Assembly (NCBI GenBank): GCA_010356995.1
Contig: ML996694.1
Coordinates: forward strand, 991,224 to 1,055,223
Source: Trichodelitschia bisporula
Lineage: Eukaryota
Length of the DNA: 64,000 nt
Reading direction: 5' to 3'
The notes beneath the pieces are model-generated. The model saw only the letters and a program-made list of their open reading frames with translations, ran no database searches and had not been told where the DNA came from. Below, piece after piece: positions 24,286 to 36,353 of this stretch (positions within the stretch are counted from its first letter, which is position 1; each line of letters opens with the position of its first letter). The translations under genes were made by a program, and so were the position numbers.

Positions 24286-26013
24286 ATGCGCCCCCTCACC
24301 CTCACCCTCCTCCTCACCACCCTCACCCTCACCCACGCCGCCTCGCCCTCCGACTCCATCCCCACCTCCGACACCGCGACCACCACAACCCCGTGCCCCC
24401 GCTTCAAACACACCGGCTTCTGGTCCATCGACATCGACAACTCCCCAGCCCTAGACCCCTCCTGCGGCGCCCCGCTCAGCATCCACGCCCACCGCAACCA
24501 CGCGCACTTCGCCTCCGAACTCGCCGCCCTAATCGCCAGCTACGCCGTCTTCGCAGCCCTCCTCACAGCCATAATCCTCCCCCTCCGCAAGCGCCGCGCC
24601 CGCCTCTCCCACGCCGCCATGGCCGCCCCCGCCCCCAAGGAAATGCGCTCCTTCGATGCAGGCCCCGTGGGCGCACCGGGCCGGCCCCTCGCGCACAACA
24701 CCCTCGCGACCAGCATCAAGACCCCTATATCGCCCGTGTCCAACACAAGCGGCAAGTCCTGGCTGCGCAATCCCCTGCGCAGCCTGCGCAACAGCCGCGG
24801 CGCCTCCGGATCCTCCCCCACAAGCCCCATGTACAGTCCCGGCGTCGACAGCGTCGCGTCCTTCGACCAGACCGTCCTAACCCACGACCGCGCCAGCCGA
24901 CAAGCCGAGATGGAGCGGCTGTACGCAGCAGTCATGGCCCACGACGAGGCCAAGCGGTCGCAGCAGGCCCTGCAAGACGCAGCCGCCAGCGCCAGCGCCT
25001 CGCCCTCAACATCCGACTCCGAGCCCGCAGCCGAAGCCGACCCCACCACCCCGCGCGCCCCGCTCCCGGCCCCCCTCCGCATAACAACGGACAATCCGCG
25101 CAGTCCGCGCAGCCCCGTCTCCGTCCGCGCCATCTACCCGCCGCAGCTAGGCACCGCGCCACTGAGCGCCACGCCCTACACCCCGCGCACGCCCGGAAGC
25201 CCAATGCGCATCGACCTCCCGGGCGACATGTACCCGGCCACACCGCCGCCGCCACTCTCGCCCCAGTCGGCGCACCCGGGCCCCTACAGCGACAACCCGG
25301 AGCTGGCGCCCACTGCATTGCCGCGCCCGCCCGTTTCCCCGCGCAGCCAGCACTCAAGCGGCAGCACCGCATCGACCAGCACACGCGCGCGCAAGGTGCT
25401 AGCGCACATCCGCATCGCCCCCCGCGCCCGCTTCGCCGACGACGACGACCGCACGCCTCTATCCCCGCGCGGCGTGCCCGCCGGCGCAACCACCACCTCA
25501 CCCGTGACCCCGAGCTCGCCCGCCGCGCCGACGCCGCACACGGGCGCCACAGGCGGAAGCTACGCATCCGAAGCGCTAGACCAACCCAAGCCTCTCCCGC
25601 TGGCAGCACCACAACGCAAGCCATCCGCCCTGACGCTAAACGATGCGGGCTCGGCGCTACCGCCCCGGCTGGCCGAGGCGGGGAGCAGCACGCGGACACT
25701 ACCTCTGCGCGAGGCCTTCGGGTCGGCGGTGACCAGTCCGGGGCCTACTCGCACTGTGTTCCTGGATCGGAGGGGGGATGCGCTGGGGCGGCTTGGGGGG
25801 GGGCCGCGGACGGCGCGGACGCCGAGGACGGGGGTGCCGGGGACGCCGTATAGCCCTTACATGCCGATGACCCCGGTTACGCCGGTGACGCCGGGGTTGC
25901 AGACGCGCGAGCAGCGCAGGCAGCGGTTGAAGGAGGTTAAGCGGGCGAAGCCGATTGTTGAGGAGGAGGATTTGGTGCCGGATAAGGAGGATATGTGGGA
26001 TGGGGGGTATTAG
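24286..26013 (+). CDS. Hypothetical single-pass membrane protein with signal peptide and long Pro/Ser/Thr-rich tail (575 aa)
   Basis: ACC-ATG start, signal peptide MRPLTLTLLLTTLTLTHAA, TM helix followed by RKRRAR, a helical block EMERLYAAVMAHD, a PYSPYMPMTPVTPVTP block and strong codon bias. Confidence 0.85.
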   Translation: MRPLTLTLLLTTLTLTHAASPSDSIPTSDTATTTTPCPRFKHTGFWSIDIDNSPALDPSCGAPLSIHAHRNHAHFASELAALIASYAVFAALLTAIILPLRKRRARLSHAAMAAPAPKEMRSFDAGPVGAPGRPLAHNTLATSIKTPISPVSNTSGKSWLRNPLRSLRNSRGASGSSPTSPMYSPGVDSVASFDQTVLTHDRASRQAEMERLYAAVMAHDEAKRSQQALQDAAASASASPSTSDSEPAAEADPTTPRAPLPAPLRITTDNPRSPRSPVSVRAIYPPQLGTAPLSATPYTPRTPGSPMRIDLPGDMYPATPPPPLSPQSAHPGPYSDNPELAPTALPRPPVSPRSQHSSGSTASTSTRARKVLAHIRIAPRARFADDDDRTPLSPRGVPAGATTTSPVTPSSPAAPTPHTGATGGSYASEALDQPKPLPLAAPQRKPSALTLNDAGSALPPRLAEAGSSTRTLPLREAFGSAVTSPGPTRTVFLDRRGDALGRLGGGPRTARTPRTGVPGTPYSPYMPMTPVTPVTPGLQTREQRRQRLKEVKRAKPIVEEEDLVPDKEDMWDGGY

Positions 26014-26626
26014 CCTGTGGGGGGAAGGGGCGAGGCAAGAAGGTGCTGGCTTTGTGTCTTGCTGGTGGTGAGCATTTTTGCATGATTGGAGAAGGGCCAG
26101 ATGAGGCCTGTTGTAAATACTATTTCACATGTTTCTGGGGGGCTCGGTTCTTGCCACGGTCATCGGGATGACGGGGCAGTTGCGCGATAATGAATAGCCA
26201 ATGCCGATTTCCTGATCCAACAACATATGTTGCTAATGGGAGCAAAGGCTCTAGCACGTGCAAAGGCAACTGTGTAAACTGAGGATGGAAGTAAAAGACG
26301 AAGGAAAGAAGAGAGGAAGAGACTCTCATGAATTATACACCATGATGCCAAGTATCCTCCTCACGCGCCCGTTGCACCATGTCCCTTCCTTAGAGAAGTA
26401 TTCCCCTTCCTGACATAACAATGCTCCTGGCCATGGCTGAAGGGCCGAGGCTAGGCGAGGTGTGCGTCAAGAACCATATCGCGTTCTGTTGGGCTCGGTT
26501 CTCGTCATAATCGCCGGCATGTTGGGTCAGTTGCAAATCAACGAATGCCAAAACGCCTGTTTCCTTTCCATGATACGTACGTACACAAGCCAGCAGCTAC
26601 TCAAACACACCACCCAACCCAGCCTT

Positions 26627-27976
26627 CTACTCCGCAACCCACACCGCCGCCATCCCCATCCCCGTCCCCACACACATGCTCGTAACGCCAACCTTCCCCC
26701 CCGTACGCTTAAGCTCATACAGCAACGTGCTAATCTGGCGCGCGCCCGTGCACCCAAGCGGATGCCCGAACGCGATCGCCCCGCCCTTGGGATTGATCTT
26801 GCTCTCATCCAGCCCAAGCTCGTTGATACACCACACGCACTGACTCGCAAACGCCTCGTTGATCTCATAGATGTCGACGTCGTCCTTGCCAATCCCCGCC
26901 TTGCCCAGCGCAACGGGAATCGCCTTCCACGGCCCGATGCCCATGAGCAGCGGCGGAACGCCCACAATCGACGCCGCGACATACTTCCCCATAATCGGCT
27001 GTCCGAGGCGCTCGGCCGTGCTGCGCTTCATGAGCAGCACCGCCGCCGCGCCGTCGGATACCTGCGACGCGTTGCCGCCGTGGATGCTGCCGTCCTTGGC
27101 GAAGGCGGGGCGCAGCTTGGAGAGCGATTCGGCGGTGACGCCGTCGCGGACGCCGTCGTCGCGGGATACGGTGATGGTTTTTTCCTCCTCCGTCTTCGGG
27201 TCCGTCCACTTCACCGTCAGCGGGACGATTTCCTGGTCGAAGAGACCCGCAGCCTGGGCCTTGACGGCTTTCTGGTACGACTTGGCGGCGAAGGCGTCCT
27301 GTGCCGGGCGGGAGACGTTGCGGTCCTCGGCCATTTTCTCGGAGAGCACGCCCATGGGCACGCGGCAGTTGGCAGCTTCCTTGTGCGCCTTGACGAGGTC
27401 GGACAGCTCGGACACGGCGCCGGGGCTGCGGGGCAAGTTAGCCTTCCACCCCTAACACACAGCGACGATAAACGTACCCATAACCCTGACTCATACTCTC
27501 CACGCCCGCCCCAACACCAACCTCAATCATCCCCCCACGAATCGCATTCGCAATATCCACCACCGCCTGCAGTCCACTGCTGCACTGCCGATTCAACCCC
27601 TTGACACCGACATCGGCGGGGAAACCGGCCGCCAGCGCCGCGGCGCGGAACTCAGTGGCGCCGGCGCCCGGTGCCAGCACTGTGCCTACGGCGATGTCTT
27701 CCACGAGGCCCGGGTCAATGCCCGAGCGCTCGATCAGCGCTTTGAAGGCGCCGAGGAGCAGGTCCTGGGCGGGGGTGTCCTTGAAGCCGCCTTTGCCGCC
27801 CTTTGTGATGGCGGTGCGGAGCGCGCAGGTCACTACGATCTGGGCGTGTTAGCGAGAGGGGGGAGGAGGGTGGGGGGGTGCAGGGCGCATACATCATCGG
27901 GGTGTTTCGCAGTCAGCGCGGCTTTGCCGGCGACGTGCGAGGAGAGTTGGTTGAGGCGGGACTGAGCGGAAGACAT
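26627..27976 (-). CDS. POT1: Peroxisomal 3-ketoacyl-CoA thiolase (exons 27976-27893, 27839-27478, 27425-26627; ~414 aa)
   Basis: Thiolase motifs NRQCSSGL, NASQVSDGAA, EINEAFA, GGAIAFGHPLGCTG and SMCVGTGMG. N-terminal PTS2-like RLNQLSSHV. Canonical introns. Confidence 0.95.
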
Positions 27977-28125
27977 GTTGGGTGTGGATTTTGTGGGAGG
28001 TGGAAGGGAGGACAGAGAGGTGGGTTCTTGTTCTACATTGTGGCGGCGGTTTGGGGCTCTTTATGTTTATGAGGGTTTGCGGACTGGCCACAGGCATCCC
28101 TGGTCATCCGACCTGTGGACTGTTG

Positions 28126-28131
28126 CCGAGG
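28126..28131 (-). promoter_or_regulatory. FarA/FarB-type fatty-acid response element (CCTCGG/CCGAGG)
   Basis: CCGAGG lies 150 bp upstream of the thiolase ATG. This is the known FarA/B core site of fungal beta-oxidation genes. A 6-mer can also occur by chance. Confidence 0.5.
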
Positions 28132-29152
28132 CCCGACGAGAGGGCTGACGGCGCACACATGAAGTGGCCTCGCGGTTCGGGTTTATTATTGTGGAGAGGT
28201 GTCTGGACTTCAGCCTTGCTTTATTGAGGCTACTGTACTGAGTAATGGTGGGTTGTGCTTGGGGAGCTGGCTTTGGCCGCTAAGATGGGTGTTCGGTCCA
28301 AGATGCGCTTCTCTGCCGTTATTGGAGTGGTTTTTAACAACTTCATGCGATCAAAGCAGCAATCGAGATACAGTAGTATTGGTACGTTTCTCTCTAGCTA
28401 GCTTCACTTCTCATGTGAAAGCCGAGAAGCTCTTGTAATTGTGTCTTTCCCTCATCTCCAGCTTTGAATGCGCTACGCACAAAAATAAATGCCTGAGGCA
28501 TAATCACATGCCGTCACATGCCACAACACCAACGCCATTCCAACATCATCGTCACTTCTAATCATTCCCATAAGCGGTGGCAATCTGTGGCCCCTCCAGA
28601 GCACTGCTTATGAACTCAGTTACCTGCCTCTGCTGGCGGTGATCATGTCTTCTGTAGATATTAGAGACTGACCGTGAAACAGAGTTCCTGCCTCACTCTG
28701 CCTGCCTCTTCCCTGGAGCGATACGCGACACTTCCAGCTTAAAAAATATGCGATCCTCCTCCTCAAATCCAACCTCCACTCCCCCTCCCCCATCGTTCAC
28801 CTCTCGAGGAGTCAAACCGGACGGTCAACAGCACAGTTCCACGATGCCTTTCGTCCAATATCACCTGGATTTGATGTTCCTTATGTAAACCCGGCTATCT
28901 GCCATGAAGCCACTGCCCGCAAGACTGGGGAATTATGGCTGGCCAAACTTGGATCATTGAGGTTATGGCGTCCGAATCACTGCCCGCTGCTGGCTCGGGG
29001 TTTGATAGGTTTGCTGCACAACTCATACTTTCCTCCGAACGACAACCGGCCTTGACACGATACACACTGACGGCGCTGTAGTGTAATCGCGCGGATATAT
29101 ACTCCAATGCACCGTCCATGCTGATCGAAGCGTGAAGAGCAATCACTATCAT

Positions 29153-29350
29153 AAGGAAAGCCCATCCCAAAGGATCCAACAGAAAAGCTCGAGCGAGCGC
29201 CAGTGACTTATATGCCCGATCCACGATGAGGGACTACCAGTCAGGCATGGGATCCCTGATGTACATCATGCGTTGTAAACGTCCAGACGTGGTATTTGCG
29301 GTCGCATCCCTGAGCCAAAATATGGCAAACCCGACTCAGAAGCCGGTCGA
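29153..29350 (+). mobile_element. Ty1/copia reverse-transcriptase relic, copy A
   Basis: Translates RDYQSGMGSLMYIMRCKRPDVVFAVASLSQNMANPT, matching the copia RT C-terminal block YxSxxGSLxY...RPDIxFAV..LSQ...NP. Confidence 0.85.
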
Positions 29351-29650
29351 CGCAATGAAAAAAGCTACGTCTAGACGTGTATAAAGCATGATGTACATCA
29401 GTGATCCGATGCCTGACTGGTAGTCCCTCTCAACTCGTAGATCTGGCATTATAAGTTGCTGGCGCTTGCTTAAGCTTTTCTGTTGGATCCATGGGAATGA
29501 GCTTTCCTTTGCTCTGTGTGTCCCGAAGCTGGGAAGCTCTGAGCCTTTTCTCATAGCGGTCTCGGGCTTAACCTGATGATCTTGTTTGGTCTATTGCGTG
29601 GGACCTTGATGCCTAGATATAGCTGACAGGCGCCTAGATCAGTCTTGTCT
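29351..29650 (-). mobile_element. Ty1/copia reverse-transcriptase relic, copy B (frameshifted)
   Basis: Fragments TDLGACQLYLGIKVPRNRPNKIIRLS, PMDPTEKL and RDYQSGIGSLMYIMLYTRLDVAF occur in the expected copia RT order. Confidence 0.85.
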
Positions 29651-29989
29651 TACTACTTCCCAGCAGAGTCGAAGCGATCAAACCGTGTCCACCAACCCCA
29701 TAGTGTCGACCGACGTCTACCGGGTGCGACCGTACATGTGGTATCTGACTTCCCATCTGGCCTAAGTCAGCACCATGACATCGTTTGACGTACCGTAGCT
29801 CACTTTCAAGACTTCATTCTCCAAGCACAGACCGAGTTATGTACACAAATATCTCTGAGAGATAAACACTCTCTTTCTCTCGTCAACAACACTTCATACA
29901 TTCTCTCTCGTCAGCGTCGAATGTTACACCACAAGCGCACATCAACAATACGCCAATCGCAAATTTCCTATCCAAGACCATCAAACATC

Positions 29990-31540
29990 CTATTGCTTTC
30001 CCCGCGGCTTGGGCGCAACGTCCTCATACACATATCCCACCACTTTCTTTTCCACCTTCCGGGGCGGGCTCCTGACATCATGCCCGCACACCTGGGCAGT
30101 GGTCGGCACCAACTTATCGCCCTGGGAACTCTTCTCCTTCTGGCGTACGGCCTTGGGCACGCTTGGCCTAGCGGTTGTTGCTGGTGGCACGACTTCCTGG
30201 ACGGCCTTGGGATTCTGTTTTGCCTCCTTACCGCTCTTCACTACGGCCCTGTTCTCGTTGTTGTCATTTGCGTTATCCCCGTTCTCGTTCTCCTTGACCT
30301 CCTTGCCTGGTTTCGAGGGCTTGCTCGTGGCTGGCTTTGGATTGTCCTCTTTGGGCTTTTCCTTCTTCTTCGCCGCCTTCGCCACATCGTCCCTCCCGGA
30401 TTTGCCATCTAGGCTCGCACTCTTCTCGGCCTTGGGCTTGTCATTCTTGCGTTTGTCTGGATGCTCACTCTTCTCGGTGCCCACTGTCGCTGGCTTTTCG
30501 GCCTTGTCGGTCCGCTCGGCCTTCTCCGCCTTCCCGGTCGTCTTCTGCGCCTTGTCCTTTCCGGCCTTGTCCTTTTCAACCTTGCTCTTGCCAGGCTTGC
30601 CCTCGTCAGCCACGGCCTTAGCCTCCTCGGTCTTCTTTCGTTCGGCTTTCTTATCCCCGGGCTTCTTGTCCTCGGCCTGGCTCCCGGATTTCCCGCCCCC
30701 CTCCTCAAACTTCACCACCTTCTCGTTCTCCCCGCCATCATGAACCTTTCCATCTTTCCCTTCCTCACCACCCCCACCCCCCTTCCCCCGCCCACCTCTC
30801 CTCGTCCCCCCTCCGCCGTTCCCGCGCTGCAACCCCTCAACCACCCCCCTCAACCCCTCCCCCACCTCTTCAAACCTTCCAACCACCCCCGCCAACCTCT
30901 CAAGCAGCCGTCCACCCTCACCCACACTGCGCGCCACATCCCCAATCTGCCCCGCATTCCCCTCCAGCAGCTCCTGAATCCTTTCCAAATTCCCCTCCAA
31001 CCTGTCAATATCCAGCACCTCCAGGATCTGCGGTCCGTCAATTGGATGCCCGCTCCTTTCATTACTTCCTCCATCTTTGTCATCCTCCCCCCTCGCCAGA
31101 CCAGAACCCCCCTCCCCAACCCCCCGAAGCGACCCCAGCGGCCACCCCCCCTCATCCAAAAGCGGAACCACCCTCTCCCCCCCCTCCCGCCAAAACCACC
31201 TCCCCCTCAACCCATCCAACTCCCCCGCCCCCCACACCTTCCTCACAAACGCACTCGCCAGTCCATGCACCGAAAACATCTGCGCCGACACGCGGAACAG
31301 CGTGTCTGGGATTGCGGTGGCGGCTGCGGTGTGCCATTCGGCACAAGTGGCGGCGTTGGCGAAGGTGAGCAGTGTTGCGGTGGGGCCGGGGCCTTTGTGT
31401 GTTGCGTCGGAGTGCAGGGCTGGGTCGGGGGCGTTGTCGCTGAGGAGGTAGGCGTAGAAGAGGGTTGGGGCTGTGGGGGAGAGGGGGCGTGTGGGCGAGG
31501 TGATGGCGGCGGTGACGGTGGGGGGTGGGGATGGGGACAT
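29990..31540 (-). CDS. Hypothetical protein (~516 aa): globular N-terminus, coiled coil, Lys/Glu-rich region
   Basis: Long uninterrupted ORF, AAA-ATG start at 31540, biased codons, structured C-terminal motif CGHDVRSPPRKVEKKVVGYVY. Confidence 0.8.
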   Translation of the reverse strand: MSPSPPPTVTAAITSPTRPLSPTAPTLFYAYLLSDNAPDPALHSDATHKGPGPTATLLTFANAATCAEWHTAAATAIPDTLFRVSAQMFSVHGLASAFVRKVWGAGELDGLRGRWFWREGGERVVPLLDEGGWPLGSLRGVGEGGSGLARGEDDKDGGSNERSGHPIDGPQILEVLDIDRLEGNLERIQELLEGNAGQIGDVARSVGEGGRLLERLAGVVGRFEEVGEGLRGVVEGLQRGNGGGGTRRGGRGKGGGGGEEGKDGKVHDGGENEKVVKFEEGGGKSGSQAEDKKPGDKKAERKKTEEAKAVADEGKPGKSKVEKDKAGKDKAQKTTGKAEKAERTDKAEKPATVGTEKSEHPDKRKNDKPKAEKSASLDGKSGRDDVAKAAKKKEKPKEDNPKPATSKPSKPGKEVKENENGDNANDNNENRAVVKSGKEAKQNPKAVQEVVPPATTARPSVPKAVRQKEKSSQGDKLVPTTAQVCGHDVRSPPRKVEKKVVGYVYEDVAPKPRGKQ

Positions 31541-32556
31541 TTTCGTTGTCCGGTCGTCGGCGCGTGGAAGCTGTGATTGATGACGTAGGCGTGAGGACTC
31601 GAGGCTGAGAAAAGACGGCGGGTGGATGTCAAAGCTAGCGCGTATTGACCACGGCAAAGTACCAGTTCAATTCGAAGATGAAATTGTAGCAGCTCCCAAA
31701 TGCAGCGATCAAGACGTGTGGTTCTGAGGCTCAGAGCGAGTCCACGGGATATATTTCTTGGGTTGTTGTCGTTTGGGTTTGTTGGCCTCGCCACCCGTGG
31801 CCCTGCGGCACTGGCGCCCCGCGCGGTTGCTGCGCTGGCGAGTGACAGCGCGTGTGTGCGACGCCTGGCTGGGGGTGGGATTGGTTCGTCTAAGGGATCG
31901 GCGGGGCTGGACTTTGTGCCTGTTTATCGCGTGGTTTTTGATGGGAATAACTTTGGGGGGTTGGGATCGGGTTGTTGTGAGGGGCGCGGGTGAGGCGACG
32001 TCATTTGTGCTAGGATATTTATACGGTAGGATGAAGCTGCCTTCATGGCTACAATGTCCAGATGAATATGACGCCCTTCCGGTTGGCTTCTGGTGAAAGC
32101 AGTGTTGTATATTTACGATTGCGAGGAATATCGCCATCTCTGAAGCTGTACTGTAGATGATGACTGTCGCCACGAACCGAGAGCAGCGTAGACGAATCTC
32201 ACTCACGTTCCATTTCGTGACGCGATGCCGGTGGTTCACAGACGCCGAGATTGACAGAAGCTACATCGACTCCGCGTACGTAAGTCGAATAACTCTATCA
32301 TCTCAAGCTATGCCTGCCAGGCCACCACGAGATCCACATCCAGCACCCCACGGTCAAAGCAAACCATGGAGAGAACAGTACAATAGCATATCATTACCCA
32401 TCGTTACCACACAAAGCGCTATTGTCCGCGCCCACATCTCACACCTCAACTCCACGAAACAATGAAAGCCATCCACCACAAACGCCTCGCATGCAGAGCA
32501 GGTAATGCAAATGCCACCCTCCCTCCCCCCTCCCTCACCCACATCCTCCCATATCA

Positions 32557-35525
32557 CTAAGCCTTCCCCCCCCTCTTCCTCCCCCTCCCCCGTCCCCCAC
32601 CAGCCAGAAACTCCATGACCGGCACCGGGACAGGCAATTTCCCCCTCCCCACCCCTCCACTAACCGCACCTACTCCACCAGCAGCAACCTTCGGACTCCC
32701 CGCCCGCACCGCAGCCGCACCCGCATTCTCCTTGCCCTCCAATGCCAGCACGGGTCTTGGGATAGGACTCGCGATCCGACTCTCCCCAGCCGCGAGCCCG
32801 GCAACCACAGGGTTGAGCTTCAGTTTCTTGGGCGACGCGAGGCGGCTCTTGCGCACTTGCATCAGCGGCGCTTTAGCGCCCGCCGTAGCCATGGTCGGGG
32901 CCGGCTTCGCAATCCCCGACACCGCCACAGGAACCGAGGGAGGTTGCACGGCAGGTGCAGCGACCTTCGGCGCAGGCGTCGAAGCACCCTTCCCCTTCTC
33001 CACCCTCTCAAGCGCCAACTCATCCGGCAACAAACTCGCCGCCAAAAGCCCCTTCCCCGGCGTCCCATTCCTAGCCCCCAATCTCCTTAGCCCAGGCGTC
33101 GTCCTCCTCTTCGACTCCACCGGGGGCTTCACCGCACCCCTCTCATCATCAAACGCCACCAAAGCCTCCCTCCACCTCACCCTCCTCTTCCCCTCCTTAT
33201 CCCGCCCATCGACCACCTCAACCGTAACCACAGGTTCCGGCGCAAGTTCATCCCCACTGCCCTCCGCGGCCTCAGCCCGGAGCTTCACGACACGGTCCGC
33301 GGGTTTCAGCGCCCCGGTGCTGTTTTTCTTCGTGTTCTTTTTGGTGAGGGCCGCGAGTTGCTGTGCCTCCGTCCGCGCGGCTACGACGATCGGATCTTGC
33401 CCGTCGGGCCGCTTGTAGCTGATCTGTTTCGGGCCCGGGGGCGGGAGGGGTGTGGAGGGTAAGTGCGGGATCTTGCTGCTCGCGCGGGGGGTGCGCATCC
33501 GCGCGCTGCGCCGCGGACTCCCGCTACCGCCCATAAAACTCTCCCCCGTGAACCCGCTCATCGCGCGCGTAGGGCTCTCGGGCTGCGCATGCGTGTGCGC
33601 GCGGTGGTGCCGCCGCTTCGGCGGGGACTTGATGAGCGGCACGTCGTCTGTGGGCGGTGCAAGACCGAGGGCGAGTTTTGGGGGGGAGTCGGCGTTTGCG
33701 TCCTTGGGCTCCAGGGCCGCGCGGCCGGGGGACGAGAGCGCGAGGCGCACGGCGTCGCTGTCGCGGCGGTTTTGGAGAGATTCGCGGGCGGCGATGGTGG
33801 TCCCGCGGTTGGCTTTGGAGGCGGCGGTGCGGGCGATGAAGGAGGTTAGGATTGCTTTGTCGTCTGCTAGGTGGTCGGGGGCGAGGGTTAAGGTGTCGTC
33901 GTTGAGGGTTAGGGTGCCTGTTGCTTCGTCGTTGAAGGTTAGGGTGCCGGTTTCTTCGTCGGCGGGGGTGAGGGTCAGCGTTTCGGTAGAGTCGGAGGCT
34001 TCGCCGGTGGGGCTGGAGGGAGAGGGTGGTTCGTCGGCGGGGGGATCGAGATCCATGAGAGAAAAGGTATTGTCTGCGTCGAGTGTCTCTTCGTCGTCGG
34101 GGCTTGAAGCCTTGGGGGAGGTAATAAGTGCAGCGTCCAGCTTTTTACGCTGTTCATTTTGTTGTGTAGGATCCGCTGACTCCGTGGTCTGTTCGTCATG
34201 AGACAAAGCGGGCTGGTCCTCCGCAGGAGAATTTGTAGACACGACGGATTCAAAAGCTAATGATAAACCCTCATCAACGATCCGGGACAAGTCGTGTGAT
34301 TCGCCGCTGTCCAGGCTCTCAGCGATACAGTCGCCAGCGAGACCCTCGGCTGCATCCTTTGTCTGCTCTTTGTCTGGGTCAACAAAGGCGCTTCCCTCAC
34401 TCATCGGCGAATCGCCGAGGCACTCGGCAGCAGCTACAGCTCCCATTCCATCAGAAGCGGCTTCCGCAGGTTCAAGGCACAAAGTCACACCCGCAGCAGA
34501 AGCTGAGTCGCGCGCCGGACTACCAGTTGCATCGTGATCTTTAAGTAAATCTGGCTGCGAGGGGTGCGTTTCGACTGCGTTGTCGTCCCCAACGACGACT
34601 TCAGCGCTCTTCATCGCGTTTACTGGACTCTGAGACCCGGTAGCGGGGGCAACGGGTAAGGGATTGGGTACAGCATGCTCCAGCGGTTCCTTTTCTTGGA
34701 TTTCGGACGTCGAGTTGGAGGTGAGAGAGGTATCGTGGGGGCTGGTTGGCCGGGCCGCCACGTGGTCCAATAGACTGTCGGACGAAGACGATGGTGCTGC
34801 TGGGCTCTCATGCGTATCATGCGTTTCCAACGGGGGCGTATCTTGAGCGTCTATAAGATGCTCATCGCTGGATGCAGGTTCGTGGTCGTGGTCCGCGGGT
34901 GCGGGCGTGGGTTGTACGGCCGCGGGACGCGCATCGGTGGGTTCGCTGGCATAGTGGACTTCCTTTTGCGTCTCGACGTTGAGGTTCGGCGAGCCGTCGA
35001 CATCGACGTCATCTTCGCGAGCACTGAGCGTCACAGTTTTTCCTACAAAGCGATCAGTCACAGCACACAGGTATGAGAAAGGGTGGACCCACGGTTAAGA
35101 GTCTCATCTCTCGCTTCCCACTGCGTTGCTGCTTGCAACGGAGCTTGGTCGTCCATCTGATCGGAGGTAGCAGAACGCGCTCTCACAGATTCATCTAGCC
35201 GCAGCTTCTTAACGACCCTCTGCGGGCTGGCATTCGCGCGCTCTTGACCTTCCATGCCTGGTGTCGTAGAGTCCGCAGGCGCGACGCGCGAGCGCAGGTT
35301 ATACCGTTTCCACACCTGCTTCACACGGCTCTGGTGCGCCATCGGGCGTTGGGGTGCGCGCTCCCACGCGCGATGTACTTTCGGCAAAGGGAGGTTGTCT
35401 ACGCCGAGAGATGGAGCTTTGGAGGGTGACCAGGGCGCTTGGAACGAGTGTTGTTGCTGTTGCGTTTGCGCGGTGGTGGGTGAGAGAAACGAGTGTGTGG
35501 GTTTTGGGAGCAATGGGTCTGCCAT
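32557..35525 (-). CDS. Large, mostly disordered hypothetical protein (exons 35525-35093, 35042-32557; ~972 aa)
   Basis: Intron GTGGGT..ACTGAT..TAG joins the 155-aa and 834-aa ORFs in frame. Acidic middle, basic C-terminus with many S/T-P sites. Confidence 0.85.
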
Positions 35526-35840
35526 GACGAGTATGTAGTACGTATGCTAGAAATGTTGTGGGCCTGGTATCCGGAGGCGGGTGAGGAGTAATGCGTAGCG
35601 GCAGAATGAGGTTCTCGTCCAGTGTCGACGATGTTGCGCGGCCCCAGGTCCGGTGGTACGTAAACAATCGGAGGCACGCGAGCCGGTGCTCCGGTGTGCC
35701 AAGACCTGAATGCAACTTTTGATGGTTACGACAGCAACGGCCTGCAGGTCGACGACGACGACGACGAGAAAAAAGTTCACCGCTACTACTGCATTGTTTC
35801 TACGCTTGCAATTGCGTTCGCTGCATTGCGCATAGTCAAC

Positions 35841-36353
35841 ATGGTACCCAAACCCACCGGCACCCACGCCGCGCGCAACGTCGGCTCCCCACGCCTCCCA
35901 CCACTGCCGCGCCTCAAGGTCAAGCATCCGAATGCTGCGGCTACGAATCCATGCTTGGGCGTTTTGTCGTCGGTGTTGAGTAAGCGCTCACTTTCCTGGG
36001 AGCTTTGGTTTCGTCCGGAGCTTGTTCTCTTGATTTTGGGGTGGAGGCAGCTGGACAATTGTGCCAAATGCAATTGAGTGGGGACTATTTCGGCGGCGCA
36101 AATATCTCGAATGCTGGACTAATGTTCGAATCCGCAGGTTGCTGGGCTTCGTCGGGATACACGGCTGCCGGATGCATAGCCCTTGAGCAATCGCTGCGGA
36201 TGTGCATGGACGTCAAGGTATTCATTCACCTGAAGCCGTATCTAGAGTCGAGCTAACAGCATCCAGCGGCCCGAGAACAACAAAAAGAACACGATTAATT
36301 ACCATTTGGCGCGCATGTACCCTAAAATCGTCGGACCGCAAAAGAGGAAGTGA
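35841..36353 (+). CDS. MRP10: Mitochondrial small-subunit ribosomal protein mS37/Mrp10 (exons 35841-35979, 36138-36217, 36267-36353; 101 aa)
   Basis: Spliced product ...RLPPLPRLKVKHPN..NPCLGVLSSVLSCWAS..GCIALEQSLRMCMD..KNTINYHLARMYPKI has a twin CX9C (CHCH) motif and Mrp10-type termini. Confidence 0.92.

Noticed and set aside
36124..36134. GTTCGAATCC tRNA T-loop-like motif (similar at ~7633)
   Set aside because: It lies at the 3' end of the MRP10 intron and no cloverleaf can be folded around either site.
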